This document shows positions 43,766-61,649 of a DNA stretch of 64,000 nt, piece by piece. The first letter of the stretch is position 1. Each line of letters begins with the position of its first letter. The stretch comes from the human T2T-CHM13v2.0 reference genome, Homo sapiens. A program made the translations under genes and the position numbers. Below the pieces are notes generated by a model. That model did not search any database, was not told the DNA's origin, and saw only the letters and a list, made by a program, of their open reading frames with translations. Location of the stretch: assembly GCF_009914755.1 (NCBI RefSeq), contig NC_060928.1. One strand, given 5' to 3'.

Positions 43766-44513
43766 GTAAAGCCCCACTATTGCATGTGAACCATCCATCA
43801 GGAAAAAAACTATCTAAAAACTTTTTTGTGACAGTGGCAATGAAAAATTAACTAAAATCACCTATTGGTTAAAAAAAAAACTCAGAAAAAAAAAACGAGG
43901 TTAGTGCAAAACTAATTCCTGTGTTATAGTAGCAGATGTTGTTGTATAAATAAGTAAGCCTGTTTTATTTCTTTTTAACACTATGGAAAACTACCCATTA
44001 AAATAAGAAAAAATTCAAATATAATCAATTTCAAAACGACGAACTTAATAATCCCATAAACCTTTCCTAACCACAGCAATAATGTAATCAGTGTATCAAT
44101 TTTGGCATACTGCCGATAGGGACTTTCCAAGATTTTAAACAATCCCACTATTATATCCCCAAAGGACACAGAACACAATGTAGAAGATAAAAGAAAGAAG
44201 AAAAAACTTAAGTTTGTCAATATTACAAGCTTAAATGTTCAGAGAAAGGGGCTGGGGAAAATATACACATGTAACAAAGCAAGAGGAAAAAATATGGAAA
44301 TCCAAGAAAAAAGAGATAGTTAATTAACATCTATTACCACTTTTCAGAATTGAGGCATCAGGGCTTAGATAAGTTGAGTGATATAATAAATTCAAATAAT
44401 AGGAATGGCAGTTAGACCCCTCTTTTCAATTTTTATGATTTTTAAACCTTATGATATAAAGTAGAACAAAGGTAATAAGATATATTTCAAACATATTTCC
44501 AAAAGAATAACTA

Positions 44514-47841
<3,328 letters not shown>

Positions 47842-48085
47842 AAAAGAATAACTATTTGAAGACTGTCAATTACGTTACACATTTTATATCTTTATCATCT
47901 ACTTCAGATACCTTCAGACAGGCTATAAATCTGCCAAAAACACAGTATATGTAATATGCTGTGATTCAGGATTAAAACACAGGCAGAAAATGTGCATCTG
48001 TTTTGGATTAATGAGAATTTTCAACAGACAATATTCAGGTAGTTTTGTGAACCCCCTTTTAATTACAACTCTCCTCTCTCTCTCT

Positions 48086-48087
<2 letters not shown>

Positions 48088-48132
<45 letters not shown>

Positions 48133-48450
48133 AATATACATATATATGATGGACAATACATATATATGGTGGAATATATATATATGATGGAATATATATA
48201 TGATGGTATATGTATGATGGAATATATATATATGATGGAATATATATATATGATGGAATATATATATATGATGGAATATATATATATGATGGAATATATA
48301 TATGATGGAATATATATATGATGGAATATATATATGATGGAATATATATATATGATGGAATATATATATGATGGAATATATATATATATGATGGAATATA
48401 TATATATGATGGAATATATATATATATGATGGAATATATATATATTCCAT
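48088..48450. repeat. (TA)n plus a minisatellite of 18 GATGGAA(TA)n units
   Basis: Units counted directly; the array ends in a 22-bp palindrome at 48429-48450. Confidence 0.97.
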
Positions 48451-49299
48451 TCTTGCAAATAGTCTACAATTCATCATGGGTATATAAATTAATCTGACAT
48501 TTCTCACTGTAGTTGGCTTTTAGCTATCTATATCTCTTTTCAAAGCCTCCTTAGGAGCTTAAGAAAATGTGAGTACTTCCTTCAGGTTGGAAGATCTAGG
48601 AAATAATAAAATCATAGCTAGTATTAGTGCTTATTATGTGTTGGACACTCTGCAAAACAATGTATACATACCATTTCAGTTCATTCTTCAAAAACAAAAA
48701 AAATCAGTATGATCTTTATTCCCATTTTCCATAAGTGAAAGATTTTATATAGCCAGCCCAAAGTTCCATAGGTGGTAGGTGGCAGTCAGAAGTACAAACC
48801 AAAGACTGTTTCAGGAACCATAAGCTTTATCACTAAGATGCACTGCCTGTCAAGTCTCTTAATTTTAGTTTACGCTACATGTTTCCAAACAATGGTCAAG
48901 ATAATTATAATATAAAAAGAGACTCACCATTAAAACATACTTAAAATAGAACTTAATGGATAGGAGAAGAAAAGTGGTAAGAATTCAAGGTGAATTAATA
49001 GAGCAAGTAAACACAAAATAAAGCATACAGATTTATAGAAGTCAATGTTAAAATGGACATATCTAGTTCTTGTGTCAGACAAAAGAAGTCAAATTTCATC
49101 TGGTCATATTTTTTCATTAAATATAGCCAGACTTTATCAAATAAATCCTGAAATAAAATGATAGAGTACATCATGAGCAGTATGTTCAACATCAGTTGGG
49201 CTAAATACAGAGATAATTCTCAAAAGTTTATTTCTTATGCTTCCCCTCTAAGAAAGCCAATAGGGAAACAGTAAATTGCAACATTTAACATAGAACTAT

Positions 49300-49960
49300 T
49301 ACAACCCAAATAAAAACCGGGTAAAGGACCTGAAGAGACATTTCTCCAAAAAAAGACATGCATATGGTCAATAAGCACATGACATGAAGCTCAATATAAT
49401 TAGCCACCAGGGAAATGCAAATCAAAACCACAGTGAGATACTACTTCACACCCACTGGGATGGTTATAATAAAAAAGACAGATAATAACAAGTATTGGTG
49501 AGAATGTGGAGAATTTGGAAGCCTCATACATTTTTTGTAAAATAATCTAGCTGCTTTAGAAAATATTTCCTTAGGAGATTAAACAGACAGTTACCATATG
49601 ATCAAGCAATTTTAGTCATAGTTATATACCCAAGAGAAATGAAGACATATGTCCACACAAAAACTGGTACATGAATGTTCATAGACAAACAGCAGAAACC
49701 AAGCAACTGATGAAGGAATACATAAAATGTGATCTATCCATATAGTGGAATATTATTCAGCAGTAAAAGAAAATGATATACTGATACATGCTATAAAATG
49801 ATGAACCTTGAAAACATGCTAAATGAAGGACACATATTATATGATTCCGTTTATATAAAATATCTAAAATAGAGACATAAAGTAGGTTAGTGGTTGTCAA
49901 GAGCAGAAGGGAGTGTTGGGGACAATGGGGTATTACTGCTAATGGTACAGGATTTGTATA
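49300..49960 (+). mobile_element. Old L1M 3' end
   Basis: GGAAATGCAAATCAAAACCACAGTGAGATACTACTTCACACCCAC followed by L1M-type 3' UTR. Confidence 0.85.
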
Positions 49961-50072
49961 AGTGAAGAAAAGTTGAGAAACCTGTCTAAAATTGATTGGA
50001 GTTTAAGAAACACTATCATGAAGCATTGAAGGGATTATTTTGATGGACAAGCATTCAAGCCAGGTGTTAATA

Positions 50073-50411
50073 TAGTTATGGGTCACATAATGACATTTCA
50101 GTCAATGACAGACTGAGTATATGATGGTGGTCCCATAAGATTATAATATCATATTTTCACTGTACTTTTTCTACGTTTAGATATATTTAGACACAACTAG
50201 TTAACATTGTGTTACAACTGCCTACAGGATTTGTACAGTACAGTAGAGTTCACAGCCCAGAGGCAACAAATTATACCATATAACTTAGGTATGTGGTAGG
50301 CTATACCATCTAGGTTTGTATGAGTACACTCTATGACATTCACACAATGATGCAATTGCCTAAAAACACATTTCTCTGAACACATCCCCATCATTAAGCA
50401 ATAGATGACTG
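50073..50411 (-). mobile_element. Tigger3a-like DNA transposon
   Basis: GGTGGTCCCATAAGATTATAAT ... GTAGGCTATACCATCTAGGTTTGT ... ATGACTG|TA. Confidence 0.8.
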
Positions 50412-50596
50412 TAATTGTCTTTCTCAAGCATAAGAGAATCTCACGAAGGTAGAATTATGTCCTGATACATCTAATCAAATGAATTAGGAATAGCTGTAAG
50501 CCTAAATGAGTTCAAGGATTATTAAATTTTTTTGGATCATGAATCCTTTGAGAATGTGTTGAATGCTATGAACAAGGTAGGCATGGTATTTACCCT

Positions 50597-51060
50597 ATGA
50601 AACCTAAATAATTTTGTGGAAATCAACATCAGAGGAGGACCTGCCATGACTGTGGTGAAACAAGACAAAAACAAGATCACCTCATAATCTTGCTTGAATA
50701 GAAATTTAACAAGGGGATGGGGGAAAAATACTGTGTAACCACAAAAATAACCAAACATCCTGCTCTCCTGGATAACTTCTCTAGTGACAGCTCTGGCCTC
50801 TCTCTCTTCCTCTAGCTTCCTAGATAAAAATTTGTAATATACCCAATACCCAAATTGCTTCTGCTTTCTGACAACACCCAGTTGAGAACAGATTCTTTCT
50901 TGAACCTTCCCTAAAATCACCTTAGCTAAGCCCAAATCCTACAATAAGCCTCTCTTGACTCCCTCTTAATGCGATACCCATTGTTTTCCAAGGTATGACT
51001 CTCCCTTGCTAGAGTAGTAAGCCTAGTTTTGGTTACAAGTGTGTTCTTGGTGGTATTTGG
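50597..51060 (+). mobile_element. ERV1 LTR, MER67-like
   Basis: ACAAAAACAAGATCAC ... CCACAAAAATAACCAAACATCC ... CCCTAAAATCACC; boundaries approximate. Confidence 0.6.
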
Positions 51061-51097
51061 CTAATGAGAATCACAATATAAGATTTATAATACATTA

Positions 51098-51652
<555 letters not shown>

Positions 51653-52865
51653 CGAAAGTAATGGATATACAGTAAAATGTTAAGAATAGTTATCTCTATA
51701 TGTTGGCATTATTATTTTCCTTTTTGCTTCTCTGTATCTTATCTTGTTCTTCAAAGACTGTGTACAATTTAATAAGAAGAAAAAAGAGGAGGAAGAAAAA
51801 CTCCCTTCCAAAAGAATATGTTATAAGGGAGGAATTTTATATTCAAACAGTTGTTAACCATAAAAGGTTTTCAAACTTTGGTGTAATAGAATCACACGGG
51901 ATGATCACTGAAAATAAAGATTCCTGGGCTTCATCCCCAGTGTGAGCCCAGGAAATCTATATATTGGACTCCAGGTGATTCCAACCCACAGGGTTTGAAG
52001 AGCAACCTTGATAAATGTGGCTTTGGGGACAAAGTAGGACTTGGAAGGACGTACGGATGTACAGAGGAAGAAGAAAGCTTCCCAGACTAAAGGGGAAGCA
52101 TGAAAAGCTCAAAATTATGAAGCTGCATGTGCTGAGGAGAGGGAGAATGAGTGGTGTGACGCACAATGGGCTCTCAGTTAACCTGACCTTACCAACCTGG
52201 GACAGAATTGAGGGCTCCTCTAAAGAATGTTGGAAATTGGGCAGGCTTGGAAAGGTAAGCAGGGTATATAATTTTCATTCACATTTCCTACTCATATTTC
52301 TCATACCAATCAGCCAATTCACTGGTTTCTTCAATTTACATCTAAGTGATTTTCAGGAAACGAGTCTAACTTTTCTTTAAGCATCGCCACCAATAATTTT
52401 CACTTCTTTTTTAAACCCCACTAAATCTTTTCTACCCTCCTGGGAACTCATTCTCTTACCTTTGCCTATGCTCCCAGCCATCTGAAAACCTACCATCCAC
52501 CAGCCAACCAAGAAACAAAGAAAACAAAACAAAGTTTAAAAGTTCCCCACTGGGCATCTACATGACTCAAGAGTCTCAGAACTCACTATCTTTCAGTATT
52601 GTAACTTACCAACTTCTTAAAAATGATCTGGGATTTTCCAGTGAGTAATCAGAACTTTCACTTGTGTCTAGACACTTTCAAGTGGAGAAGTGTCCCTACC
52701 TTTATGCAAAAGGATATCTTTTTCTATTTATATTTTTTATATATATTTTCTAATTAAGGTTCGTCTATAATATGAAGTAAAATAATGTTTGAGCTGAAAG
52801 AGATGTCAAAGGAAAAGCTTTCATTTTACTGATGAGAACCGTTTCACATCCTGTTTTCCCTAACA

Positions 52866-53206
52866 TGGGGTTCCCCAACACCCAGGCTACAGACCAGTGT
52901 GGTCCGGTTGGTGGCCTGTCAGGAACTGGGCCGCACAGCAGGAGGTGAGTGGCAGATGGGCAAGTATTATGGCCTGAGCTCCACCTCCTTTCATATGAGC
53001 AGCAGCATTAGATTCTCACAGAAGCTCGAACCCTATTGTGAACTGCGCATGCGAGGGATCTAGTTGTATGCTCCTTACGAGAATCTAATGCCTGATGATC
53101 TAAGGTGGAACAGTTTCATCTTGAAAGCATCCGCCACCTCCTCCATTGTGGAAAGTTTGTCCTCCATGAAACCAGTCCTTGGTGCCAAAAAGGTTGGGGA
53201 CCACTG
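52866..53206 (+). mobile_element. MER1B hAT-Charlie element
   Basis: Perfect 8-bp TSD CCCTAACA (52858-52865 and 53207-53214); GGTGCCAAAAAGGTTGGGGACCACTG end. Confidence 0.9.
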
Positions 53207-53442
53207 CCCTAACAGACCCATATCCCCCTGCATACTTCAAAAGAGGAATAAATTATATTTTATCTGGAAAATTCCCCTCAATATTTTATGTCCCTTAAGG
53301 TAGGTGACAGTAAATGGTTTTTGTGCAAACCACTGATTTATTATTGGCACTAAATAATTAAGTTACTAAAGGCAAATACTATTCTATATTAAATAAGTTT
53401 ATTACACATAGAATAATAGCATTGTGATAAAAAAAATTCATG

Positions 53443-53748
53443 TTTTTTTTTTTTTTTTTTTTTGAGGCAGGGTGTCACTTTGTCACCCAGCCTGGAGTAT
53501 GGTGGCATGAACACGGCTCACTGCAGCCTAGACTTCCTGGGCTCAAGCAATCCTCCCACCTCAGCACCCCCCAGCAGCTCGACTACAAGCATGTACTACC
53601 ACACCTGGCTAATTTTTGTATTTTTTGTAGAGGCGGGGCTTCACCTCTTGTTGCCCAGACCAGTCTGATATTCCTGAGCTCAAGTGATCTGCCCGCCTTG
53701 GCCTCCCAAAGTGCTGGGATTACAGGCATGAGCCACCATGTCTGGCCC
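53443..53748 (-). mobile_element. AluJ
   Basis: Dimeric Alu with a T tail. Confidence 0.92.
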
Positions 53749-54312
53749 ATGTCCTCATCTTAAGCTTATTAGGTATCATAAAACAAAAATCTTCAAGTGA
53801 ATGAGAATCAATTATAAAGTAAATGGAAACCAAAAACAAAAAAGAGTCCCTTAAAAACTAAGAATGTAAATCTACCTAGAGATATCCTATTCTATTACAA
53901 AGCTATCTTGCATAAGGAATACTACTAATAATTCAAAGTCCATGTAAGGTATTTGTATGTCTGTATTATCTCAGCAGAGCAGAAAATTTAGGGCTTGTAA
54001 TGATAAGAAACAATCTAATTTCAGGTGATTTGGGATAGTTTTCAGAAAACTCTCATTCCAATGAAGCAAATGAACACTATTGCAGACTTGCAGTGCTTTC
54101 ATGAGTAGAAAGCCATTTTTATTAGTTCATGTTAAATATTCTATTTTAATAAGTAACTTTAATTTTGCAAGAATAAATAATTACAGTATACTTTTCTTCT
54201 TTTCATGTCTTTGACATAAATACTTCTATTGTGATAGCATGGGCAGAGCATGGAGCTTTAAACCCAAATATAACTGGGCTCAAATCCCTGTTCTGCTACC
54301 CACATTTGAGCC

Positions 54313-54606
54313 TTTCTTTTCTTTTCTTTTTTTTTTTTTTTTGAGATAGAGTCTCACTCTATTGCCCAGGCTAGAGAGCAGTGCAGGAGCTCGGCTCCCG
54401 GGTCCAAGCAATTCTCCTGCCTCAGCCTCCTGAGTAGCTGAGATTACAGGCACACGCCACCACTCCCAGCTGATTTTTTGTATTTTAGTAAAGACGGGAT
54501 TTCACCGTGTTGCCCATGCTGGTCGCAAACTCCTAAGCTCAGGCAATCTGACTGCCTTGGCCTCCCAAAGTGCTGGGATTACAGGTGTGAGCCACTGCAC
54601 CCAGCC
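54313..54606 (-). mobile_element. AluS inserted in a MIR
   Basis: Alu consensus; TSD AGCCTTT; MIR core sequence on both sides. Confidence 0.9.
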
Positions 54607-55600
54607 TAGCCTTTACTTTCTTGTACATAAAACATAGGTAACATCTACCTCATAGTACTGTTACAAGGATTAAGAGAGTTGCACATATGTAGAAAAAAGA
54701 GACATATGGGTGACAGAACTTCCCCAATGACTGAAATGGCTTTTCATTAGAGATAAACCACAGTGAATGGTAAGTGAAGTTAGAAAAGAGATAAAAGAAT
54801 ACAAAATTGCTCTGCATAATGAAGTGAAAAAAATCTTGAGCGTTCACAAGCAGGTGAGAAGGAAAAAAAGAGAAGAGAGGGGACCCTGAGATAGAAAAAT
54901 GTTGGTGGAAGAAAGAAAAGAATGGCATAGCAAGATGGAAGGATGCTGTGACCCAAAGAGAAGAACTGACAATAGGAAGTTCCCTGTGGCCAACTGGGCT
55001 CTTAATAAAACAATAATGCTGTGGTATAATATGAAATATATTTGGTTTTTTCCCCAGATCCTGCCACAGAGCTCCTAAAACCCTTGGGATTTCCTGAATG
55101 TTAGGAGTGTCTTTTGACATTTATACCAACCCTCTTTTGATGGTACCTGAGTTTATGCTAATACAGTGACTTAGGGTGAGGCCCCTAGATAACCTCAGCA
55201 TGAGGCTGGTCAGCAGAAAGACCAAATGATTAGAAGGCTGGAACTTTCAGCCCCACTCACTGGCATCTGGGAAGGGGACTGGGCTGGAGATGAAGCTCTA
55301 TAAAAACACTTGAACAACAAATCTGATGAGCTTCCAGGTTGAGTACATCCAGTGCTGAGAAGGTGGCAAGCCCAGAGACGGCATGGAAGCTCCGTGCCTC
55401 CCACCCTGCCATATCTTGCCCCTATACATCTTTTCCATTTGGCTGGTCCTGAGTTTTATCCCTTATAATAAACCAGCAAATGCAAGAAAATGTTTCCTTG
55501 AGTTCAGTGAGGAGCTGCCCTAGCAAATTAATGGAACACAAGGAGGGGCACCATGGGAATCGCAACTTACAGCTAGTCCTTCACAAGTATAGGTGGCAAC

Positions 55601-58600
55601 TGTAAGGGAAGTGGCTGCACTGGAGTCAAGGGTAGGCTGAGGTAAACATTTGGTGCTGCATGACACAGTGGGACTGGAGCACAGGCACACAATCCCGTGC
55701 AGTATATAATCACAGTTATGTAACCATGTTATGGGTGGGCTCATCACCTGGCGTTGAGCCACCATTTTCTGTAATATAACCGCACTGCTAACTCTGTAAG
55801 AGAGAGCTGGGCTACCTTGCAGGTGGCCAGGAGGGGAGCCAGGAAGTGGCAAGTGCACTGGGGAGCACAGCTACAGGCATGTGGGTGGCAGGAGCTGCAA
55901 AGCCAGCGCTGAGAAGGGCTATGGCGCAGCTACAGGTATGGGGGTGGCTGAGACAAAGGCTGATAGAGAGAGAGAATAAAGCCATATCCCAACTGCCTAC
56001 AGTGCCCCGAGTGTTTTTCCAACTACCCGCCACCCATCCATCAACTCCCCTCGGACCCCAGCTCAGGTTGGAACCTGACAATTGGTGTAGTCAGCAGGAT
56101 TCCGAGGTGAGTGTGTCCTCAGCCCCCAGTGATCCTGGGTTGGCTATGTGGCTGTGCTGCTAGGATGGGCTCCAGTAGAAACATGGGCAGCAGTGGACGG
56201 GTCCCCTGTGAGCACAGAGAAGGTACTGAAACACCTGGAAGCACACAGCACCGAGAAGGAGCATGCCTTTGCCAGCAGAGTCAGATGGGCATTTTTGACT
56301 GCACTATGGTCAGTGCATGCCCACTCCCTGCAGGATGCAGCACAGGTAAGGGACCTTCAGATGCAAGCCAAGCGCCTGGAGGGCCAGATACACAGTTTGG
56401 AATAAGAAGTGGGAACTGCCATAAGTGACAGCTTGAGCCCACCCTCCCAGCTGGACATTCCCGCTTGGTCTGATACTGAGGGGGAAGAACCCCTACTGCG
56501 GGCTAACCCTATGGTCCACCAGAAAATAGAGCATGAATAGCCACTTGGGCCCAAAAAGCAGACCCAGGAATCCCCTACCATGGTGGAGCATGCTTCATAT
56601 AGTGCCTATACCCCCAGTGATTTGTGGGAGTTAGGCAAACAGTGTTGGCACCATCTGGGGGAGCCCCTACCGACCTGGGAAGTGCTGGTAACTTCGTGGA
56701 GGCAATTGACCCCAAAGCAGCAATTCCGGAAATGCCCACCCAGATAGATGCTCTGGCTCAAGGACTACTTACAGACAGGCAGAGGTATAGAGCCTTTTGT
56801 GTTTGATTAGGGAGCTGGCTGAGATACCCGGCTTGGGGGGACACCAGATGACCAGAGGCCACATGTGGAATTAGCAATCCACTGGTCCCCCACCAATGTA
56901 TAGCAGGTGCTGGTGCTGGTAGACATTGGCACAGATTGTAGTCTTGTCTATGGGAGCCCGGATAAGTTTCCGGGTAAAGCTGCATACATAAATGGCTATG
57001 GAGGCTAGTCAGTGAAAGTGAAACCTGTACCTTTGCACCTTGGTATTGGCCACTTGGCTCCCTGTTTATACTGTGTACGTCTCTCCCATACCTGAATATA
57101 TTCTGGGGGTGGATATTTTACACTGCTTGGCAGCTGTGCCATCTATCACGGATTTGATGGACCACTTGACGATGGAATTGGGACAGTACCACTATGTGGT
57201 GGACTTGGCCAATGCATTCTTCTCAATTGACATTGCTCTAGAGAGCCAGGAACAGTTCACCTTCACATGGGAAGGATGACAATGGACTCTCACGGTGTTG
57301 CTCCAGGACTATGTGTGTAGCCCCACCGATATGTCATGGCCTCGTTGTCACAGATTTAATCACCTGGAAATGTCCAAAGAGAGTCCCCTATTCCATTATA
57401 TAGATGATATTATGCTAACCTCTGATTCTCTTGCAGATTTAGAAGTGGCAGCACCTCTCTTGCAACAGTTGGCAGCATGCGGTTGGGCCGTCAATGAATC
57501 CCAGATCCCAGGGCCTGGATTGACTGCCAATTCTTAAGAGTTACCTATCTGGTTGGGTAAGACGAAAGCCATATCAGAGGCCGTCATAGACAAAATCCAG
57601 GCATATCCCTGGCCCACCACTGTAAGGCAGCTGCAGACTTTTATGGGCCTCCTGGGGTACTGGTGGGCATTTGTGCCCCATTTGGCTCAGATGATAAAAC
57701 TGTTGTACCGGTTGGCAAAAAAGGGGGCTACCCGGGATTGGGATAAGGAGGTTGAGACAGCCTTTCTGGCAGCCAAGCAGGCTATTCAGCAGCAAGTGTA
57801 GGCCCTAGAAGTGATTAACCAGGGGTGCCCATTTGAACTTGATGTGCATGTGACCACAGATGATTCTGGCTGGGGCCTATGTCAGCACATGGACTGCTTT
57901 AGAATGCCAGGAGGCTTTTGGTTCCAACTTTGGAAGGGAGCTGAGCTCCAGTATTCATTGATAGAGAAGCAGTTAGCAGCTGCATATGCCACCCTTCAGG
58001 CTTATGAGAGTGTGATGGGACGGACTACAGTCATCATGCAGATGACTTACCCAATAGTGGGGTGGATATGTTCATGGGTAATGACTCCCGGGACTGGGAT
58101 GGCACAGACATCCACTTTAGCAAAGTGGGGTGTCTACTTAGAACAGCGGAGTCCTCTGAGTACAAGCCCCTTATTAGCAGAACTGCAAGAAGTCTTGGGA
58201 CCTGTGTTCCTGATGCAATATAGGGCTATGGGTCAGCCTGAGGTACCCCTAAACCCTGAGCCATCACTGTTTAAAGAGGGGCACCCCACCCCATCCCCCA
58301 TGGGGCATGATATATGGATGGACCCAACTGGGGTGCTACTGCTGCCTGGACCACTGTCGTGTGCGGTTCAGCTTAGTACTGACACCATATGGTTTGATAC
58401 CGGGTGTAGACAAAGTAGTCAGTGGGCCAAACTCAGGACAATGTGAATGGTGATCACCAAAGAGGTGACACCTATGATAATCTGCACTGATAGCTGAGCA
58501 GTTTATTAAGGCTTAACCTTGTGGTTAACTACCTGGAAGTTACAGAATTGGCTAGCTGGTCACCGGACCATTTGGGGCGGGGCCATGTGGCAAGACCTGT

Positions 58601-59646
58601 GGGAGAAAGGATGACCTCCTCCAACCAGTTATGGTGACAAGTGGTAATTTGTTGTTGCCTGCCTCAATGTCCCTAAAGGTAGGGGAACAAAAACCTGGTT
58701 TTGGCCATGGACCCTCCAAGCCACCCATTGCAGATGGATGGCCATCGTAGCCCCCTGGAGGGAGGGCTTGGGAATTTAATGTATGGCCTCTGATATGGTT
58801 TGGCTGTGTCCCCACCCAAATCTCAACTTGAATTGTATCTCTCAGAATTCCCATGTGTTGTGGGAGGAACCCAAGGAGAGGTAATTGTATCATGGGGGCC
58901 AGTCTTTCCTGTGCTATTCTCATAATAGTGAGTAAGTCTCATGAGATGGGCTTATCAGGGGTTTCTGCTTTTGCTTCTTCCCCATTTTCTCTTGCTGCCA
59001 CCTATGTAAGAAGTGCCTTTCACCTCCTACCATGATTCTGAGGCTTCACCAGCCATGTGGAACCGTAAGTCCAATTAAACCTCTTTTTCTTCCCAGTCTC
59101 GGGTATGTCTTTATCAGCAGCATGAAAACAGACTAATACAGCCTCTGTGATTGACCATTTGTAGGGGAATGGCCAAGGAAGGAATCCTCCTCCAGGGCAC
59201 ATATGTACTGCTGCTGTGGCCTATAGGTCCAGGGTGCTGCCCTATGGACACATTTCTCCACTAAGAGGACTCCCTTGGCCTAGGGGATGGAGTGTAAGGG
59301 AAATAGCTGCACTGCAGACAAGAGTTGGCGGAGGCAAACATCTAGTGCTGCATGACACAGTGGGACTGGAGCGCAGGTGCACAATCCTGTGCATTACATA
59401 ATCACAGTTATGTAACCACATTATGGGTGGGCTCATCAACTGGCTTTGAGCCACTATTGTCTGTGAGCAATATAACTGGACTGCTGACTCTGTAAGAGAG
59501 AGCTGGGCCACCTTGCAGGTGGCTGGGGGGGAGCCAGGAAGCGGCAAGCACAATGGGGAGCTCAGCTACAGGCGTGGGGGTGGCAGGAGCGGTGGAGCCA
59601 GCGCTGAGAGAGGCCGCAGCTGGAGCAGGTGGCCAAAACAAAGGCT

Positions 59647-59681
<35 letters not shown>

Positions 59682-59783
59682 AAGCTGTATCTCAACTGCT
59701 TATGGTCCCCCAAGTGTCCTTTCAACTACCCACCACCCGTCCACCAACTCCCCTCAGACCCCAGCTGGGCTTGGAACCTGACA
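55601..59783 (+). mobile_element. Internally deleted class III provirus HERV-S (HERV18/LTR18): 5' LTR 55601-56080, PBS 56083-56100, PPT 59282-59292, 3' LTR 59293-59783
   Basis: Two homologous TGTAAGGGAA...GGAACCTGACA LTRs; TSD GCAAC/ACAAC. PBS TGGTGTAGTCAGCAGGAT is the CpG-decayed complement of the tRNA-Ser 3' end. RT motifs [11 protein letters not shown] and HYIDDIML; RNase H-tether region 57811-58446. Confidence 0.9.
58791..59140 (+). mobile_element. THE1-type solo LTR within HERV-S
   Basis: TGATATGGTTTGGCTGTGTCCCCACCCAAATCTCA ... GACTAATACA; perfect TSD GCCTC. Confidence 0.93.
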
Positions 59784-59989
59784 ACAACCTACTACTTGGA
59801 ATTGGAATTTGAAGTTGGGGGGACACTCCAGGCAGATGGTATCAGAATTGAAATGAATTATAGGATACCCAGCTGTGTCCAGTGGAGAACTGCTTGGTGT
59901 GTGCTGTGTTGAGCATATAGTACATGAGAAAGAGTAAGGCAACTTTGCCTTAGGCACCCAACATTCTCATTTTTTTTTAAACCTACATT

Positions 59990-60295
59990 TTTAAGAAATA
60001 GGCTTTATTTTTTAGAATGGTTTTAGGTTCTAAAATTCCACAGAAGATAGGGAGATTTCCCACATACTCCCTGCCCCCACACAGCCATAACCTCCCTATT
60101 ATCAATATTGCCCACCAGAGTGGAACATCAGTTACAATTGATGAACCTGCCTTGAAACATTTTTATCACAGAGTCCATAGTTTCCATTAGGGTTCACTCT
60201 TGGTGTTGTACATTCCGTGCATCTGAACAAATGTTTAATGACATGTGCCCACCATTACAGTTGTACAGAGTAGTTTCACCACCTTAAGAATCTAT
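59990..60295 (-). mobile_element. Old L1M 3' UTR fragment
   Basis: GTTACAATTGATGAACC ... CATTAGGGTTCACTCTTGGTGTTGTACATTC. Confidence 0.8.
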
Positions 60296-60299
60296 TATT

Positions 60300-60669
<370 letters not shown>

Positions 60670-61649
60670 CTAAGTCCTCTCCCCCTTGTGCTGTAATATG
60701 TCTGCCACAACTAGCCACCCCTTCCCCCAACAAAAGGAGAAAGTTTGCCCAATAAAACTGTTTTGTGTAAAGACACAATTGCCTTGAGTAAAATCTTAGT
60801 AAAAGTCTACTAAATACAATTGCCTTGAGTCAAGCGGTGTTTTGAGAAAATCTAGAAATGTGGGCTGTATCCAGATTTGAACTTACACAAGGTGATAAAA
60901 AGGGAACAGCTATAAGACATAAAACAGCAAACTGGAGAATCCAGGAGGAACAGAGAAAAATGCAAATGGTATCTGGAAGAAAATTAAATCCTAGAGATAC
61001 TGTGGAAAAGAGAGGAAGAGTAAGAGGCAGGATTCCTTTGTATTTAAATATCCTGGGACACAGCTACTCCAGCAGACTCGGGGGAGAGGCGGAAAGGCAG
61101 GCGGCTGACATCTGGTTACAGGCTGCCTCATTTCCACATGGGTGGCAGTCGGTAAAGTGCTGTTCTAGCAGTCTTTCACGCTCTTCACAGGTATCAGGGA
61201 AAATAAGAATATTTTGTAAAGTTATATAAAACTACCATGAAGTAAGTTGTAATGTACCCAAAACAGGCAACCAGGACTTCCAGAAAGGGACTGGCTTGTT
61301 GGAAGCCAAATGGAAGGCAGGGAAGAGGGGAGGTCTAAAAGCAGGTATTCTCCAAAAGCCACTTACAACCTCACAACATAACTAGATCAAAGAATTTCTG
61401 TCATGCCAGATAGTGGAAGGCTGCTATGTTGAGAAAGGCAATTGAGCAGTTTTGGCGGCGGAGTCAAACAGAAGGCTTAGAATCAACATCTGTTTTCTAC
61501 AGTATGCTCGCTTTGATTTCCATCTCCAAGTTTCTGAAATTCCAGAAACAGTATATGGCCTTGTCAAAGAAATGACGAATTACTATGTTACTTTGTGTTA
61601 ACGAAAAGGTTACATTTATGTTCATATGGAAGAGATAATTCACTGAAGA

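Larger units (their letters stand above)
55017..59935 (+). mobile_element. MER21-family LTR split by a HERV-S provirus
   Basis: CACAGAGCTCCTAAAACCCTTGG at ~55065; MER21 resumes after 59788 (CTACTACTTGG...TAGGATACCCAGCTG). Confidence 0.8.

Noticed and set aside
48128-48450. Regularly spaced GATGGAA units superficially resembling a CRISPR-like array
   Set aside because: The spacers are only (TA)n rather than unique sequences, the context is eukaryotic and there are no cas genes.
47923-48507. 194-aa and 131-aa repetitive ORFs (IYIFHH repeats)
   Set aside because: Artefact of translating the minisatellite.
56083-56100. tRNA-Ser-complementary sequence as a tRNA gene
   Set aside because: Only an 18-nt retroviral primer-binding site; no cloverleaf.
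57811-58446. 211-aa ORF as a possible domesticated retroviral gene
   Set aside because: It is a piece of HERV-S pol with a non-ATG start, flanked by in-frame stops and frameshifts.
60775-60830. Short direct repeat ACAATTGCCTTGAGT about 42 bp apart (similar small duplications at ~15830 and ~27541)
   Set aside because: Ordinary local micro-duplications with no further structure.
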